Positions 28,262 through 42,324 of a DNA stretch of 64,000 nt are shown piece after piece. The position numbers were made by a program, and so were the translations under genes. Every line of letters begins with the position of its first letter. Within the stretch, counting starts at the first letter, position 1. Location: positions 25,234,001 to 25,298,000 of the forward strand of contig NC_043002.1 in the NCBI RefSeq assembly GCF_006345805.1, in the 5' to 3' direction. A model generated the notes under the pieces. The model saw nothing but the letters and a program-made list of their open reading frames with translations. It ran no database searches and was not told the DNA's origin. The DNA is from Octopus sinensis (lineage: Eukaryota).

Positions 28262-28870
28262 CATCAAATATAATTCTTGATCTTGGCTGTCTACGACAGT
28301 CTACCAAGCGTATCCAAATTCTTCTGCTGAAGGAAGGTGGTATTACCAGCTTGCACTCTGTGCCTGAGTAAAATGGCTCAAGAGCACATCCTCAGATGCT
28401 GTTCAAAAGCCCTGAGTAAGGAGAGCTACTGCTGGCACCATAACCAATCACCAACTACAATAAGATAAGTCATTATAAACATCTCTACCCAATGAAGTAT
28501 ACCATCACTTTTGTTTGGGATGAAGCTAAATTCACTGGGAAGCAAAAGGTGGCTATAGAGAGTACTTGAAGTTCCCAGAAACTACTTCCGCATCACCAAA
28601 CGTGGTGCTGATCTCAGAAGCACTCAAGCAGGTCATCTGATAAGAACTCTTGTTTATTGAGAGGGTCATACTAAGGAAGTCAATGAGGAGGAAGGTATAT
28701 AATGAACTGTTGGAAGAATACCAAAGCAATGGGTGGAAAGTAAGGTGTTGCTCACTGAGGTGAGATACAGTGGTTTCACAATAGCCAGTAAGCATAGAGC
28801 CATCATGTTATCCACCTAAGCAGCGAAAGTTGCTTCAAAGAGGATGTGAATCAATAGGTGTCATCATTGA
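28262..28870 (+). mobile_element. Degenerate HERO-like (RLE) non-LTR retrotransposon C-terminus
   Basis: Patchy translation FLILAVYDSLPS...EHILRCCSKALSKG..CWHHNQ...PNVVLISEALKQVI...YNELLEEYQSNGWK resembles the CCHC plus PD-(D/E)xK region of HERO/R4-type elements. Many stops. Confidence 0.68.
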
Positions 28871-31800
28871 AAGATACGATGTACTTCACAACTGATGAAG
28901 TGTCCATGTGCATCACAAGTTGATGCATGTACACAACATAAAAACAAGACAGAAATACTTTCTGAAAATATAATTTATAAAAAGCTAAAAATTCTAAAAG
29001 GATTTACACAAAGCCAAAATTGCCCTCATAGGAATTTTACTCTAAGATACTTAGTTGATCATAAATCTGCAACTGTAATGTATTGACATTAGGAGCACAT
29101 GTAACTGATAGTTAACTGATGAACAGCATTACAATTAAGCTTTGTAAAATGTACTTTAACTAATATTAATAAGAAAATCAAATTCAGATCAGAGCAGTAA
29201 AAGATTTGATTTCAATTCTTTATATTAATTCCTTGAGATTAACAGAGAATTATCTCACCTATATGTCATGTGGCTTCTCAAGCAAGCAGAAAGAATGGGC
29301 TTTAGCTTTTCATTTTTTTTTTTTTATAATGGCTTGGAAATTCAGTTTTTGTTTTTTTTGTCATTTTATTTCATAAATTTATTTACACAGCTAAAGAATT
29401 GGAAGTATTTAGAAGCAACCTTTATTATAAATTCATTTAGAAGTCCAAGCTATCATGAAAAAAAAAAGTACTTAAAAAATAGTGGTTGCTTACTTGAAAA
29501 CCTCATACACAACTGGTAAAATACTAAAAAGAGACCAAATTGAAACTAAATAAGAGCTTCTGAAGACTAAAGTTATCAGCAAAATGTGATTTTTTTTTTT
29601 TTTTTACTTCTCTTGGAACAAATAAAAGAAATGCAACCAATTCTCAAAACTAAAAATTATTTTCCATAATTTATATTTATTTTCTCTTTGCTTGAAATGG
29701 TGTAGTAATTTTCCAAACAAATTAACTTTTATCATTTAAAATTATACTGAAACAAAGCCTGAGAAATAATGCAGTTCACTAAATAATAAATTTTTTTTAA
29801 AGAATTTAACAATTGTAATTTGAAAATAGAGTAATATCAAAAAATATTATGCCAAGGGATATGATTTTTTTCTTGTAAATTTAATATACTTTAAATCATT
29901 AAAGTAATAAGAAAATCTAAATAAATACACACACAAAGCTATTTCAAAACATCTTAAAAAGAGACATAGCTATATCCAGATTCTCATAGAGTGACTTAAA
30001 TATTATGAGAAGGGTACATGAAGTTACTTGCGTATAAGCCTAAATATTTTTTTGTGTGTGCATCTCTAAGTATGTAATATACATGTTAAGGATGTCATTC
30101 AAAATTTTTTATTCAAATGTACGCTAATGGTTATACATTTTACCAAACAGAAGACAAGGTATGTGATCCAATAACCTGACCCGCAGAATAACGAACAAGA
30201 CATGGAGTAATAACATCAACATTAGCAGATTTTTACCTAACAATCATGGTTCTGTACTAGTATCTAATCAAGCTTAACTAATTTTTATATCAACTTTAAT
30301 ATTCCCATTCAATGAAATAAAATAACAGCATTTTTTTTTCTTAGTACACTCATCATTTTATAGTATTTTCAATGAAGATTTACTCCATGATTAATTATTC
30401 ATTACGGATTTTGTAATTAATACACAGACTGCTAAGTTTCAGAAGAATATTGAGCATCAAGAGTATCATAAAACTAAAACTCTTGGGAAAGGCATGAATA
30501 TCTCATTCCAATTCCCCTCTTCCAATGCATTTTCTCTCTCTATGCACCTGTCTGGAAATTACATTATCTTCAGTCATTGATCTCATAGCTTTTGTTTCAA
30601 AGACCCCACCACATATCTATCTATATATCTACACACACACAATACATATTTGATTTGCTATCAATTATGGAAGATTCTTCTAGAAAAGGTTATTTCCTTA
30701 CAGCCAGATACATCTAGCCATTCTTATATTGTCTTGTTCTTTTTAAACTGATATCCTTTATTTAATGAAATACTTCGTGTTTAGAACAATCCTCTAAAAT
30801 AAAATAAAATTTAATTTTAAAAACACAGGATTCAAACCTAACTAAAAATCTTTCCAACTGAGTGTAAACATGTGTCTGTACAAACTTTTACACACTCACA
30901 CAATACAAATAAATAAGAAATCTCAATGAGTAATCAACATTTTACTTTTTTAAACAGATTTATTTCCACCTCCCTTTCTTTTTTTTTCTTTTGCTATCCA
31001 TGTGTTCTGACATTCTATAAAGTAACAGAGAATGTTCAATGATTTGCATTCCTTCATCAGTGTCTTGCCTATAACCAAAACAATTCTCTTTTGCTCATTA
31101 CTCCAAACTGTAAATAGACCCCATGAATAAGTGCCGTCACCACTATAAGTAACAAGAGCACTGGTTTGTAAACAAGTGTTTTCTTACCTTGCAGTTCTGA
31201 GTTTAAATTTTACTATAGAGCCCCACTAGACTGTCTTTCTCCATAGACACATGAATTTGAAGCTTTCACTAAAACCCTGACCAAACTGTCTTACACAATT
31301 CTATAAGTGATTTGATTTATTTAAATCTATATTAATTAAAGTGTAAGTTACACCAAAATAGTTAAACAGTAAAAATACGATTGCTTGGTTTTTCTGATGT
31401 TAATGTAGAGTTTCAAAAGTATACAAGTGCATCAAGAAGAAAATTTCAAATCACCAGTTAAGACAAATCTAAGCAGGCCTCAAGGTTTCATACAATAAAT
31501 CTCACAAAAGATAATAAAAGTTAATTTTGCTACAAATATCTGTGTTTGCCCTTCCTCAGCAAGAAAAGAAGTTAAATAAAACCAACTGGTTAAAAGGTTT
31601 ACAATACTATCATCTCATATGTCTGATGACAATCAAATGCAACCATACACACACATAATATTGATACATATACAGCATTGATATAAAGTCTCCTCTTTAA
31701 TGCCTGAAAATACTTTAAATGTGTGTAGCCCTGCGGCTACACACATTCATTTATCCTTGATCAGATCTAAAAGCAGACCATCTAGTTGATTGGCACTCAC

Positions 31801-33034
31801 CAGCCACCACAACTGTAAGTCCACAACTTTCAGCACCCTTGGCACATCTACTTTTCATTATCCTTACTACAGTGCCCCAGCCTGCAAACCCACTCTAAAT
31901 CATTTCTCCACACAACTCCCTCCTTGCCTATATTTTCCCACAGAACTTCACACTGAACATACATCGACATCAATTTCACCACGCTAGGACCTAGAAATGC
32001 CATGAATGACACTTTTCCTCAGCTAATTAAATTAGAGAAAAAAGTCCCACTTCCCCTCTAATAACAGAAAAATACTGCAAATACCTAAGACAGAATATTT
32101 CCCTATTCCAATAAATTTTTGAATAGAAACATTGGTATGGAAACACCAATGTCCCCTTACACACACATACACATCTGATACAATCAAAGCTTGAAATTTG
32201 AGGCTAATAATGAATAACATTTAAAAGATTTTTTTTAAATGCAAATAAAATGTGTCCCTTCCAGGAGAGTAGTTAGATAGTTTGAAGGGTTTTTTAAAAT
32301 TCTTTTTTCCTTTTTATTTTTCAAATTTTTTTTTTATATTTCTTTACAATTTTAAACAGACAAGATCGGGAGAAATATTGATCTGATAAAAACCATGTAT
32401 GTGATGTGAATAAGAAGAAAAGAGTGGCTGTTATAATAACTCAAATGAAGTACAACTCAAGGGTACTGTCCATAGTTATTTGAAACAGAGGACATTTGAC
32501 CCAGCTTTGTTAGTAGTTATTATAAGCAAAGTCCAGATAAGGTATACACACCAAACATTTTATTAACAAAAAGAAAATTCACATTAAAAAAAATTAAAAA
32601 CATGAGAATTCAAAAATAATTTTAAAAAATACATAAAATTAATTGAAATATCTAATATTGTTTTCCAGTAAGCATTATATATAAAACTAATAGTAATTAG
32701 AAAACGTTTTAGAAACTTTGTTCCACATTTTAAACCTTAAAGATGATTCTTTTTTCAATAGCTAAATAAATAAATTAAAAATAGTGCCTTAGTTTTACCA
32801 AACAAAATACAAAGATCAGTTAAGAAAATGAATTAGCTTTTATGTCACAGTATTTGTTTTACAACAATCAGGAAGGAAAAAAAAGGACTTAAAATAAGAA
32901 TCTAAACAAAATCAAAATGACTAGACATAAATATTGTAATAACTGACTATTCTAAAACTATGGAAGCATCTAGATAACCACAATTCTAGCTAATATATCA
33001 AGTAAAAGAGGAAAGAAAAGAGTTTGCAACCAAC

Positions 33035-33150
33035 CTTCACGATCTCCTGTTTCAACACTTGTAGTCTGAGTTTCTTTACTGTATGAGACATTCTCTTTTG
33101 GAGCAATGGTCGTCTCTGAAACCTTGCAGATGGACAACTTTACCTTCGGC
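33035..33150 (-). CDS. DYNC1I: Dynein IC coding exon 4 with Tctex1 and LC8 binding sites (RPKVKLSICKVSETTIAPKENVSYSKETQTTSVETGDRE)
   Basis: Contains the KETQT LC8 motif preceded by a Tctex-binding-like segment (compare human [26 protein letters not shown]). 116 nt, phase 2 to 1, donor gttggt. Confidence 0.92.
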
Positions 33151-33519
33151 CTAATGCTACAAACCAAAATAAAACCAATTTATGATGCAAGAGTGACAGA
33201 GCTATGTCAGTATTACAATTGCTGTAAGCAATGCAAAAAATTGTTAGACCTTATATCAAAGAAACAAATGATTTGCATTTGCTTTACACTTAAAAATTAA
33301 TTGTCAAATCTAGGTGGATTACAGCATGTAAAATAAATTATCTTGTCTCAGAAACTAAAATGTCTACAATGGATTGAACTAACAACCCGTGAGTGAGTAG
33401 TTCAATAATTGTCTACACAACCATTTCATTTCTAATTTTGTAAATAGTTAGCTTAATATTTGTTTTGATTTTACAGATGATGTAATCCTTAATCATACAA
33501 CATATTTCCCATTATATAT

Positions 33520-33830
33520 ATCTGGATCTGGAGGAAGGCACAGTACTATTTGCCCTCGCAGATCATCGTCCTAGACAAGTGAGATGCCATTAAGATGGCA
33601 TGCTCTTGAACTTTTGCAAGTCAACATCTGTAGAAAAAACATGAGCAGGAAGAGAATTCCAGATGGCCAGCATTCTGGGAAGAAAAAACTGAGCATAGTA
33701 ATTAATGTGGAACCTTGGAGGGTTGGACACAACAAGGATGAGGAGAGAAGAGACAAACCTGGAATTATTTTCCTCAAGTAATGGATACTCTTCCAACAAT
33801 CATAAACTCTATATTCAAGGATGTCTGATA
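33520..33830 (-). mobile_element. Old CR1/Jockey-like LINE 3' fragment
   Basis: RFHINYYAQFFLPRMLAIWNSLPAHVFSTDVDLQKFKS matches the typical F.PRT...WNSLP terminal motif. Confidence 0.68.
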
Positions 33831-34868
33831 CTTTATTAAAACTCAATACGAAAGCTAATTTCAAAGTTATTTTACACTAATTGCACTAATTTTCAGAAAC
33901 TCTTTGTGATATATGTGTAAGGGAATAGTGCTATAAGTTCAAACCATACTCACTTGACATTTGAGTCATTAGCAATAAGAAGTGTACAAGCAACAACATT
34001 CTCATTATTGTACATTTGTTTTTCCAAGCTCATATAGGTAGGATAGTTCCTTTCCAATACAATCCTACCATTTGTTGCATTCCTTTATCTCCTTTGTGAA
34101 GCTCAGCACTTGTGTCTGTATACCCCTTGATTTTCCTCATCTACAATTTTCTTCTAGATGCATCTTTAGGTACCACATTACCCAACCATTATCATCCATA
34201 CAGATTTCCTATTCATACAATAGTCATCTCTCTTACACATTATATCTAATTCTGTTTATACCCAGTTTTTCTCTCAGCTCATCTGTACCTCATCATCTAT
34301 GCACATTAACATTACATATCTAGTAAATTTTGCTTGATTTATTTCTCTCTAACATTCACACATCCTGGGAAGATGGTAATTTAAAATACACATACTATAG
34401 AAAAAAAATTTAATAACCAAATAAAAACTCCCCTAACAATTTTTTTTTTTTTTGGTACTTAAAGGAAAAAGAACAGTGATCATAACACTTTTGCAAGAGA
34501 TCTGAGACCAGGAGAAAGAGGAGGGGGGAAAAAGACAAACAACATTCATAGGTGAACTTCAGCCTTAGTCTAAATGCCTGCAAGAGATTGGACTCCAATA
34601 AAGATACCCAAAAGTAAGGCGGTGACAAACTGAGAAACGATTTGCCTCTCAAGAATCAGTATAATCCAGTTAAACTTCCAATACAATTTCTAGTTACTCA
34701 ATATCAGTAAGAAAGCCTAGGTCAGCACAATATGGAAGAAGAAAAAAATCACCTTCCCCAAAGTGCTGTCCTGTAGGAGTGAAACTAGAACCACCAATGT
34801 TACATTATGTCCAAATAATAATCTTTTTTATCATTCTGAAGCTAAAACAATGAAAAGAAAACTCTTAC

Positions 34869-34947
34869 CTTCCTCCAGGAATTACCACATTTGTTTGTTC
34901 TGTGTCCTGTATTGTGGGGCTTATACTACCACTTCGACCACCACCCT
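34869..34947 (-). CDS. DYNC1I: Dynein IC coding exon 3, Ser/Gly-rich linker (EGGGRSGSISPTIQDTEQTNVVIPGGR)
   Basis: Acceptor ttttcttttag, donor gtaaga, 79 nt, phase 1 to 2. This is the phase change needed to join exon 2 to exon 4 in frame. Confidence 0.82.
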
Positions 34948-35029
34948 CTAAAAGAAAATTAATATAGAAAATACACCAGATATTAGGCACAGTTTTTGAA
35001 AAGGTTGATCAATAATAATAATAATAGCA

Positions 35030-35550
35030 ATCCTTTCTACTATAAGCATATTTTGGGGCAGGGGGATAATCAATAACATCAATTCCAGTGCTCAACTAGT
35101 ACTTACTTTACTGAGCCCGAAAGGTGGAAAGCAAAGTTGACCTCAATGGAATTTGAACTCAGAAGAAATGCTGTGAAGAATTTTGCCCAGCATGCTCATA
35201 ATAATGATAATAATGTGTAATTTAGGTACAAGGTTAGCAATTTTTTTTTTGGGGGGGGGGGTGATTACATCAATCCAAGTGCTCAACTGGTGCTTATTTA
35301 TTGACCTCAAAAGGATGAAAGGCAAAACCAACCACAATGGAATTTGAACTCTGAATGGAAAGGATGAAAAGCTGCAAAGCACTTTACCTGGCATGCTAAT
35401 GATTCTGTCAGCTTGCCACCTTAATAATAATCCCTTCTACTATAGGCACAAGGCCTGAAATTTTGGGTTAAGAGAGTACCTATTTCATCAACCCCCAAAA
35501 GGAAGAAAGGCAAAGTCAACCTCAGTGGAATTTGAACTCAGAATATAAGG
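35030..35550 (+). mobile_element. Three tandem copies of the short SINE-like repeat just upstream of dynein exon 3
   Basis: The core aaaggatgaaaggcaaagt.gacctca..ggaatttgaactc occurs three times. Confidence 0.72.
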
Positions 35551-38500
35551 CTAGAAAAAAAAAGAATTTAAAATATCACTTAAACCATAGAAACGGAATT
35601 ACTACCAAAAACATCTTAAAAGCGCTACACAATACATAAAATAGTTTTAGAGAAAAATTTACAATTGAATATTACTTTAGACCAATTAAATTGAACTAAA
35701 TTGTTAAACAATACAAAATTGAAAAAATTTTATGCATTTATCAAATAGAATTAAAATTTTCCATGTTTGTATAGTTCTGAAAAACAAGATGAAAAACATT
35801 TCTTTCTTCAGAAGATTACATACAAATCAGAAACAATTTTGATAAAGAACACATTGTCTTCTTTCCAATTTTAGCAGTGCATTTGCCATGCAATAAATGT
35901 ATTTTTGAATAACAATAATCATGCTTTAGATATTTCCCTTGATTACGGATGGAACCACCTCTGATCAAAGCTGCAATAAATATTTTGGAAGTTATGTGCA
36001 ACTAATGTTAATAATAAACAAGCGAGAATATAGTGGGAGAAGGGGGGGAATACATTTTGCTAAGAAAAAGAAAATAGAATGTCAAAAGGGAAGAACATTA
36101 AAAGACATATTTTAATAGATTTTCAGCAATTTTTAATTATATATCAAACATCTTTTAAATTGGTTATTAATTGCTTCTTACTCCTGCTTATCTATACTAG
36201 ATGACAATGAATTTAATGTAGAATTATTTATTTCTTGGTCAGAGAGAACTGATTCTGTGAATAACCAAATACTCTACTACTGACCCAAACATTTACTAAA
36301 TCTTTCAAAAAGGGCACAGTTGGTTTGATATGTTCTTTCATAGCCATAGACTGATCAATACTTTATGAGTAAAACTGGTAATCAGAAACTATAAGCCAAT
36401 CATATGAAGAGAGAGAGAGACTTCTCTTTGTCATAACATTTCTGCTCTGATTAAAAACAAAAATCACCATCCATATGAATGGTTGTCATTTGTTTACAAT
36501 CTTCCATGAAATCATGCCTGGCTACTGAGTTAGTTGTTACTCAAAGGACTGGTGGGGAAATATAACCTTACTTAGAAACAAGTGAAAGTTGGTGACAACC
36601 ATAGAAAAATTTATCTCGACAACTTTCATGTGATCTATGCAAGCATGGAAAAGTGGACATTAAAACAATAAAAAGCAACTTCAAATAAGTTCTCTAAAAC
36701 AAATTTATACTACATATAGGTTCAAGAAGCAAATATGAAACAAGAATGGAATTATCCTCTAATGATAAATAAATAGTGCTTAAGCTTTTAATAAGGATTG
36801 GTATCTTTTCAAAGTTCCTAAATTTCAAACAGGTTACATCTCAAATCTGCAGCTTCTAAGAACTGAAAATTCACGATTCAATGTATTGAGATAAGATACA
36901 GTACATTGTTTAAAAACAATGTGAATATGTGAAAATGCTGAAGTGGACATTTAAATGTATTTAGCCTGTTGGTTCAATGATTACGTAAGCCCCTGGCAAA
37001 ATATTTTGAAGCTTTATTTTCATTTATCTATGGAGAAAGTCACCATCAACAATAACTTGATTAACAGTTGGTGGTGATGACAACCTGAGGTTGAAACAAT
37101 CATTGCATCAACTTTCAAATAAATATGAAACTCCACCCTCAATATTGTATTGAGTACTTCATATGAAAGCTGTCCACTTTTAAGAAGCCAATTCCAACAA
37201 AGATAATACATATATGTCATCATTTTATATCTGATTTTACGTGCTTGCATATGTGATAAATGGCTTATAATCAATCAAAAGTTGATATATGTTATTTTTC
37301 AGACATTTTAACCATAAAATAAAATATCAATTAAAAAAAAAAAAGAAAGTCAATCATATTTATAAATATAGATATAAATTTTTTTTTTTTCAATTGAAAC
37401 AAAAAAAGTTTGTGAAATGAAAAATATTTTATTTTTCAATTTAATATTCAACTTACCACTTGTAGCAAATTATAACTTTTAACAAAGAAAAAGTTGGATT
37501 TCTCCAGCATTTAAAAAGAAAATTCTTGATTTTAATAAGCAAAAGATAAAAAGCATTTCTCTTTTCTTAAAATGTGAATTTCTGAAGCAGCAAAATAGCC
37601 AATAAGATTTATTCAACCTTATTAAAATAGCAATGGGCTTCATTTGTTTAAGTATCATCAACTTAAAGTCTCTTATAAGTTTATTTACAGGTTATGATCT
37701 TAAGACTACTGGTAGTAATTACAAGTCACGGGCAATTAACTATAAAAAAATTCATAAACCTTATATTACTAATTTAACAGGAATTTTAAAAAAATAAGAT
37801 AATATACAAATAATATAATACTTAACATATACAGAAGTTATTTAACTGATTTATAACCCAACTGTTTAGACTCACACATCTCAATAAAAATGTAAATCAA
37901 AATAATTCAGTAAAGTGTTTGTCTTAAATTCAACCAGTCATTTTTTTTTCTTCCAAAATGTAGAAAATATTTGAAAACTAATCATTATCTTCAAAGGATT
38001 TCTAAAATAAAATTCCCAAACCAGGAATATGTAAACACAATGGAAATCTTCTCACAGGAATGGCTCCAAGATGAAGAAAGCATTTGGTTAGACAGAAAAA
38101 CATCTTTAAAATGTTCCAAAAAGAATTATATTTAATAACATATTAATTATTTTGACCGTTGAAGGCCAATTTTTTGGAAGCAAGGGTTTATCAATTGAAT
38201 ATAACATTTATTGATCCTGAAATACAAAGTCATCTCATCAAAATTTGAACTCAGATCAATAAGTTACCAATCTGGTTAAATTAACAGCTAACAAGAGAGC
38301 TTCTACACATTGCTCAACCTGTTAGAAATAGCTACAAAATCTCCCTCAAGTGGCATCTTACTATCTTAAATAAGGAAACATTGGATAATGCATTCCCAGA
38401 TATAGCCCTAGTTCTCATTGCTAGCCATTCAACTATGGAGAAGTGTGGAAGGAAGACCAGTCAAAAGTTTTGGATGAACAAGATCTCAACACTAGCATGT

Positions 38501-40641
38501 CTAACTCTTGTTGTTTTAACCAAATAACATCCGTGTCATACATAAGTGCAGCTTACTTTTACAAACAGCAAGAGCACAGTATAATTAAACCCCAGTACTG
38601 TGTTTGATGCAAGTTTAACTCTTGCTTGTTTAATCAAATACAGAAGAACAGCTTACTGCTGTAAACAATAGGGGCACTATAATTAAATAGCAGCACTGTG
38701 TTAACTTTTGCTGGTTTAATCAAGTAATATAAATGACATGAACAAGAACATTTTACAGTTGTAAGCAGAGGGAGCACTGTATAATTAAAGGTGCTGTCTA
38801 TTTTACAGAGCTGAATTCTAAGTTCCCTAAAACAAAAAAGAACCTGGAAAGTTCAATGGGGAATATTCAACAGCAACCTATCCAACCCACTTTATCAGCT
38901 TTGCCATTGGATGTAGTCCCTCATTTTGATTACAGGATATGCATGTAAGTTGGTGTGCAACAGTCCATTGCATACTGAATTCTCACACAGGAGATTCCAT
39001 AATTACAGCAAAATAGAAGTGGAAATCCTATTTTGAAAAAATGAAGCAAGCAGAATTATGTACCAGGGAGCACATAACAGTGTGGTAATATGGTCAATAG
39101 CCTAACGTATCCATTTGAGGGCCACTTGTAACCATCTTGTTAGATACTCAAGTTCACTATAGACTAACAATTGTAGCAAGAAGAGGGTAGGATTCTGTTA
39201 AGAAATTCTAAGTCAGATTTCTAAATCAGAAACTATGAAGGATGTTGTATGCTTTAACCTTTGGAGTGCTGGAAAGAAGCGACTGTGGTTGCTGTACAGT
39301 TTATTACATTACACTAAAGTATGTGAGCTGTGTCATCAATGAAATAAATTCTCGTTCCCAAGTGTGGTTCATATTTTTTTATCAATCAGATTTAAGTATT
39401 CATTGCTGCCAAATGAATTTTAAACAGAATGTGGACTGGTAATATAGGAAATGGTGATATATGGGACATACCACGTATTTGCAAATGCAACTTTAGTGAA
39501 TTTTAAATGGAAGATGACAGTGTTATATGGCAAGTACCAAATTTTAATTTCCTCCTTTTTTTTTCTGACATATTGATAGTATCAACATGGTAGATTCCAA
39601 TCTGAGAGAGAAAAAGAAAAAGTTACACTATGGTCATAATCTAACTATTAACTACAATAACTCAGAGACTACCAGCTTCTTGAAAGTGGTTGGGTCCTTC
39701 ATGAAGGGGCTGGAAGAATCTGGTAGGGATGTATCATCCAAGGTCAAGTGAAGGAAAAATTTTCACCAGTCAAACAACATTAGGACAACTAAGTTTATCT
39801 AAGAGTTCTAGGACATCATCAACAACTACAATAGGTTGATCAAAGGCCATTAATGAGTAGATGAGTAGATAAGGCCATCAGGGAGAAGTGTTTTGGGATG
39901 AAGGGATACATCACATCCAGCAAGACCCAGGAAAATTGCATCATCTAATCTATTGAACCTTTCATGAGAGGTACAGCATGAAATTCTTGAACAAGAGACT
40001 AAGTCTACTAGTCTGAAAAAATTACTTCAGGATTTGTGAAAATGGAATTATCAAATAGTTGACTAACATTGACTGTCATTAGGAGATTCTAGGCTATACA
40101 ATAGTCCACAACATTAGTCTTTTATTGTATTACATTTAGCAAGGGAATAAGGTAATATGTACATATCACAGGTTGTAACAGTTATATGGAGTGTTAAAGT
40201 ATGTTATAAAGACTCACCAACATATCAGTTGTTAAAAGACCAGGTTTTCAGTAAAAACCTTCCTTCAGAACACTATTCTAATAAGTGGAAATTCTCATTA
40301 CACACACACATTACTATTAACCCAAATATTTACCAAATCTATAGTACCAACCAACACCAGGGAATGAGAGCAATAGCTAAATAAAGGATTTTATAATTAG
40401 GGAAATCTAACAAGTTTAAAAGGAATGAAGTCATAGTTTTTAAAATAATATTAACAAAATACCACATAAGGGAGAATAATAAAAACACATCTAGCATTGT
40501 TTTCTGCACAATAACTTCAGAAATATTAAATTACCATAGCAATTATCTGCCAGACAAACAGTGGTAAGAAACCATTGGAAACCATGTACCCTTTGTGTGT
40601 GTGTGAGTATAAATATAAAGTGTCCCAAAAGTTGTACTAAA

Positions 40642-40673
<32 letters not shown>

Positions 40674-40739
40674 GATAGATATGTATTTATGTATTTATAT
40701 ATATATATATATATATGTAGATATATGTATGTATATAAC

Positions 40740-41055
40740 TTAGAAAGGTTTTGGCCAGTATTGGCCCAGGCCATGTCTAACTTAATAGCACCACCTGGCG
40801 AAGTCTTTCAATTCAGGATTTGGGCACCGAGGCCCATTCAAGCAGAGAGTTATTGTTTGCGGAGACATATCCGGGTGTGGGTGGTTTGTCCTGGACTGTT
40901 TGAAGGAATTTATCCAAAGACTTCTTGAATTTTGTGTGGTCAGTTTCTGTTTTGACGTGTCCTGGTGTAATGTTGAAGAGAGCGGGTCCAATTGAGGTGA
41001 AATAATTGTGCCGTATGTGTATGCATGGAGTTGTGTCTGTGGAGCAAATGTGCAT
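40740..41055 (-). mobile_element. CR1-like LINE extreme 3' end
   Basis: HNYFTSIGPALFNITP...FKKSLDKFLQTVQDKPPTPGY...NSL parallels the C-terminus of the 18697-19525 element (FKSKLDLFLSKVPDEP...NSI). Confidence 0.75.
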
Positions 41056-41535
41056 TACTGTGTGTGTGTATGTGCGTATGTCCATGTGTGTGTAATTGTG
41101 TGCGTGCATGTATGAGTGTGTGTTGTGTGCGGGGGGTATGTTTGGTTATCATTTGTGTGCGTGTGTGCATGCATGTATATGTGTGTGTGTGCGTGTGAGT
41201 TTATGTGTGTGTATGTGTATTTTGTGTATGTACATGTGTGTGACCGAAGGGTTGTGTGTGGAGGTATATGTGCTTTTTTTGCACATGTATGCATGTGTGT
41301 ATGTAGTTGTGTGTGCATGTACAAGTGCATGTGTATGTGTGTGTGGGTACATGTGCGTGGAGTTGTGAGTGTTAGGTATGTGTGCATACATGTGTGTATG
41401 CATGTGTATATGTATGTGTATACTTGTATGTATATATTGTGTGCATGTGTGTGTAGCTGCATATGCCTGTGTGTGTGTAATTGTGTGCATTTATGGGAGG
41501 TATGTATGTGCACATGTGCGAGTGTGTGTATCCTC
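41055..41535. repeat. Cryptic (TG)-rich low-complexity tract
   Basis: Degenerate TGTG/TATG/TGCA repeats lying between the CR1-like end and the Penelope fragment. Confidence 0.9.
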
Positions 41536-41539
41536 GATG

Positions 41540-42290
41540 CATGAACAGGTGGGCAAGATACTGGGACTAGGTTTCAAAATCCTGGTCTCGGCTGCACAAG
41601 CATCAGAGGAACTAGGAGTAGGGGATGGCCCGTTTGGTGTGGAAAGGATGGGAGGAGGAGATGTTGAGGTAGAGGTGAGAATCTGTGGGTTTGAAGAAGG
41701 CAGAGGTGGTGAGAGAGTGGGAGGGGAGGTCAATGGTAAGAGAGATATCAAGGAAGTTAACTGAGGTGTTAGAGATGAAAGAAGTAAATTGGAGAGAAGG
41801 GTGGAAGTTAGAGAGGAAAGAGATGAAGTGACAGAGTTGTTCACAGGAGAGGGAGGTAGCACCTATACAGTCATCTATGTAGCAACCATATAGCTCTGGG
41901 GTCAGCCCGAAGAATTGGGAGGAGAATACTTGGGCCTCAATGTAACCAACAAATAGGTTTGCGAAATTGGGGCCCATTCTCAATCCCACTGCGACCCCAG
42001 ACAACTGTTGGTAGGTTTCTCCAGTGAACATAAAGCAGTTGAGGGTGAGGACAAGCTCTGCCAGACAAAGAAGGGTAGAGGTGCTGGGTGTGGGGTCAGG
42101 GTGACGGTTGAGGAAGTATTGGAGGGCCAAGAGACCATCGTTGTGGGGAATCACTGTGTATAGGGGTTTGATATCAAAGGTAAGAGGAGGTGTGAGGGGC
42201 CGGGAGGGAAGGAAAAGGTATTGAAGAGGCGAAGGGCATGATTAGTGTCGTGTATGTGGGATGGGAGGGCAGCAACTAAAGGGGACAGGA
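41540..42290 (-). mobile_element. Penelope-like element reverse transcriptase fragment
   Basis: IPHNDGL.A...LAELVLTLNCF...YQQLSGVAVG..MGPNFANLF...YIDDC...VNFLDI...KPTDSHLYL..SSSHP is the PLE RT motif series. Confidence 0.88.
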
Positions 42291-42324
42291 TTCAGTCAAG
42301 GTATTTGGAAATATATATATATAT

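Noticed and set aside
37030-37120. Extra dynein exon between exons 2 and 3 (LSSPPTVNQ...)
   Set aside because: No acceptor/donor pair gives a phase 1-1 exon in that frame.
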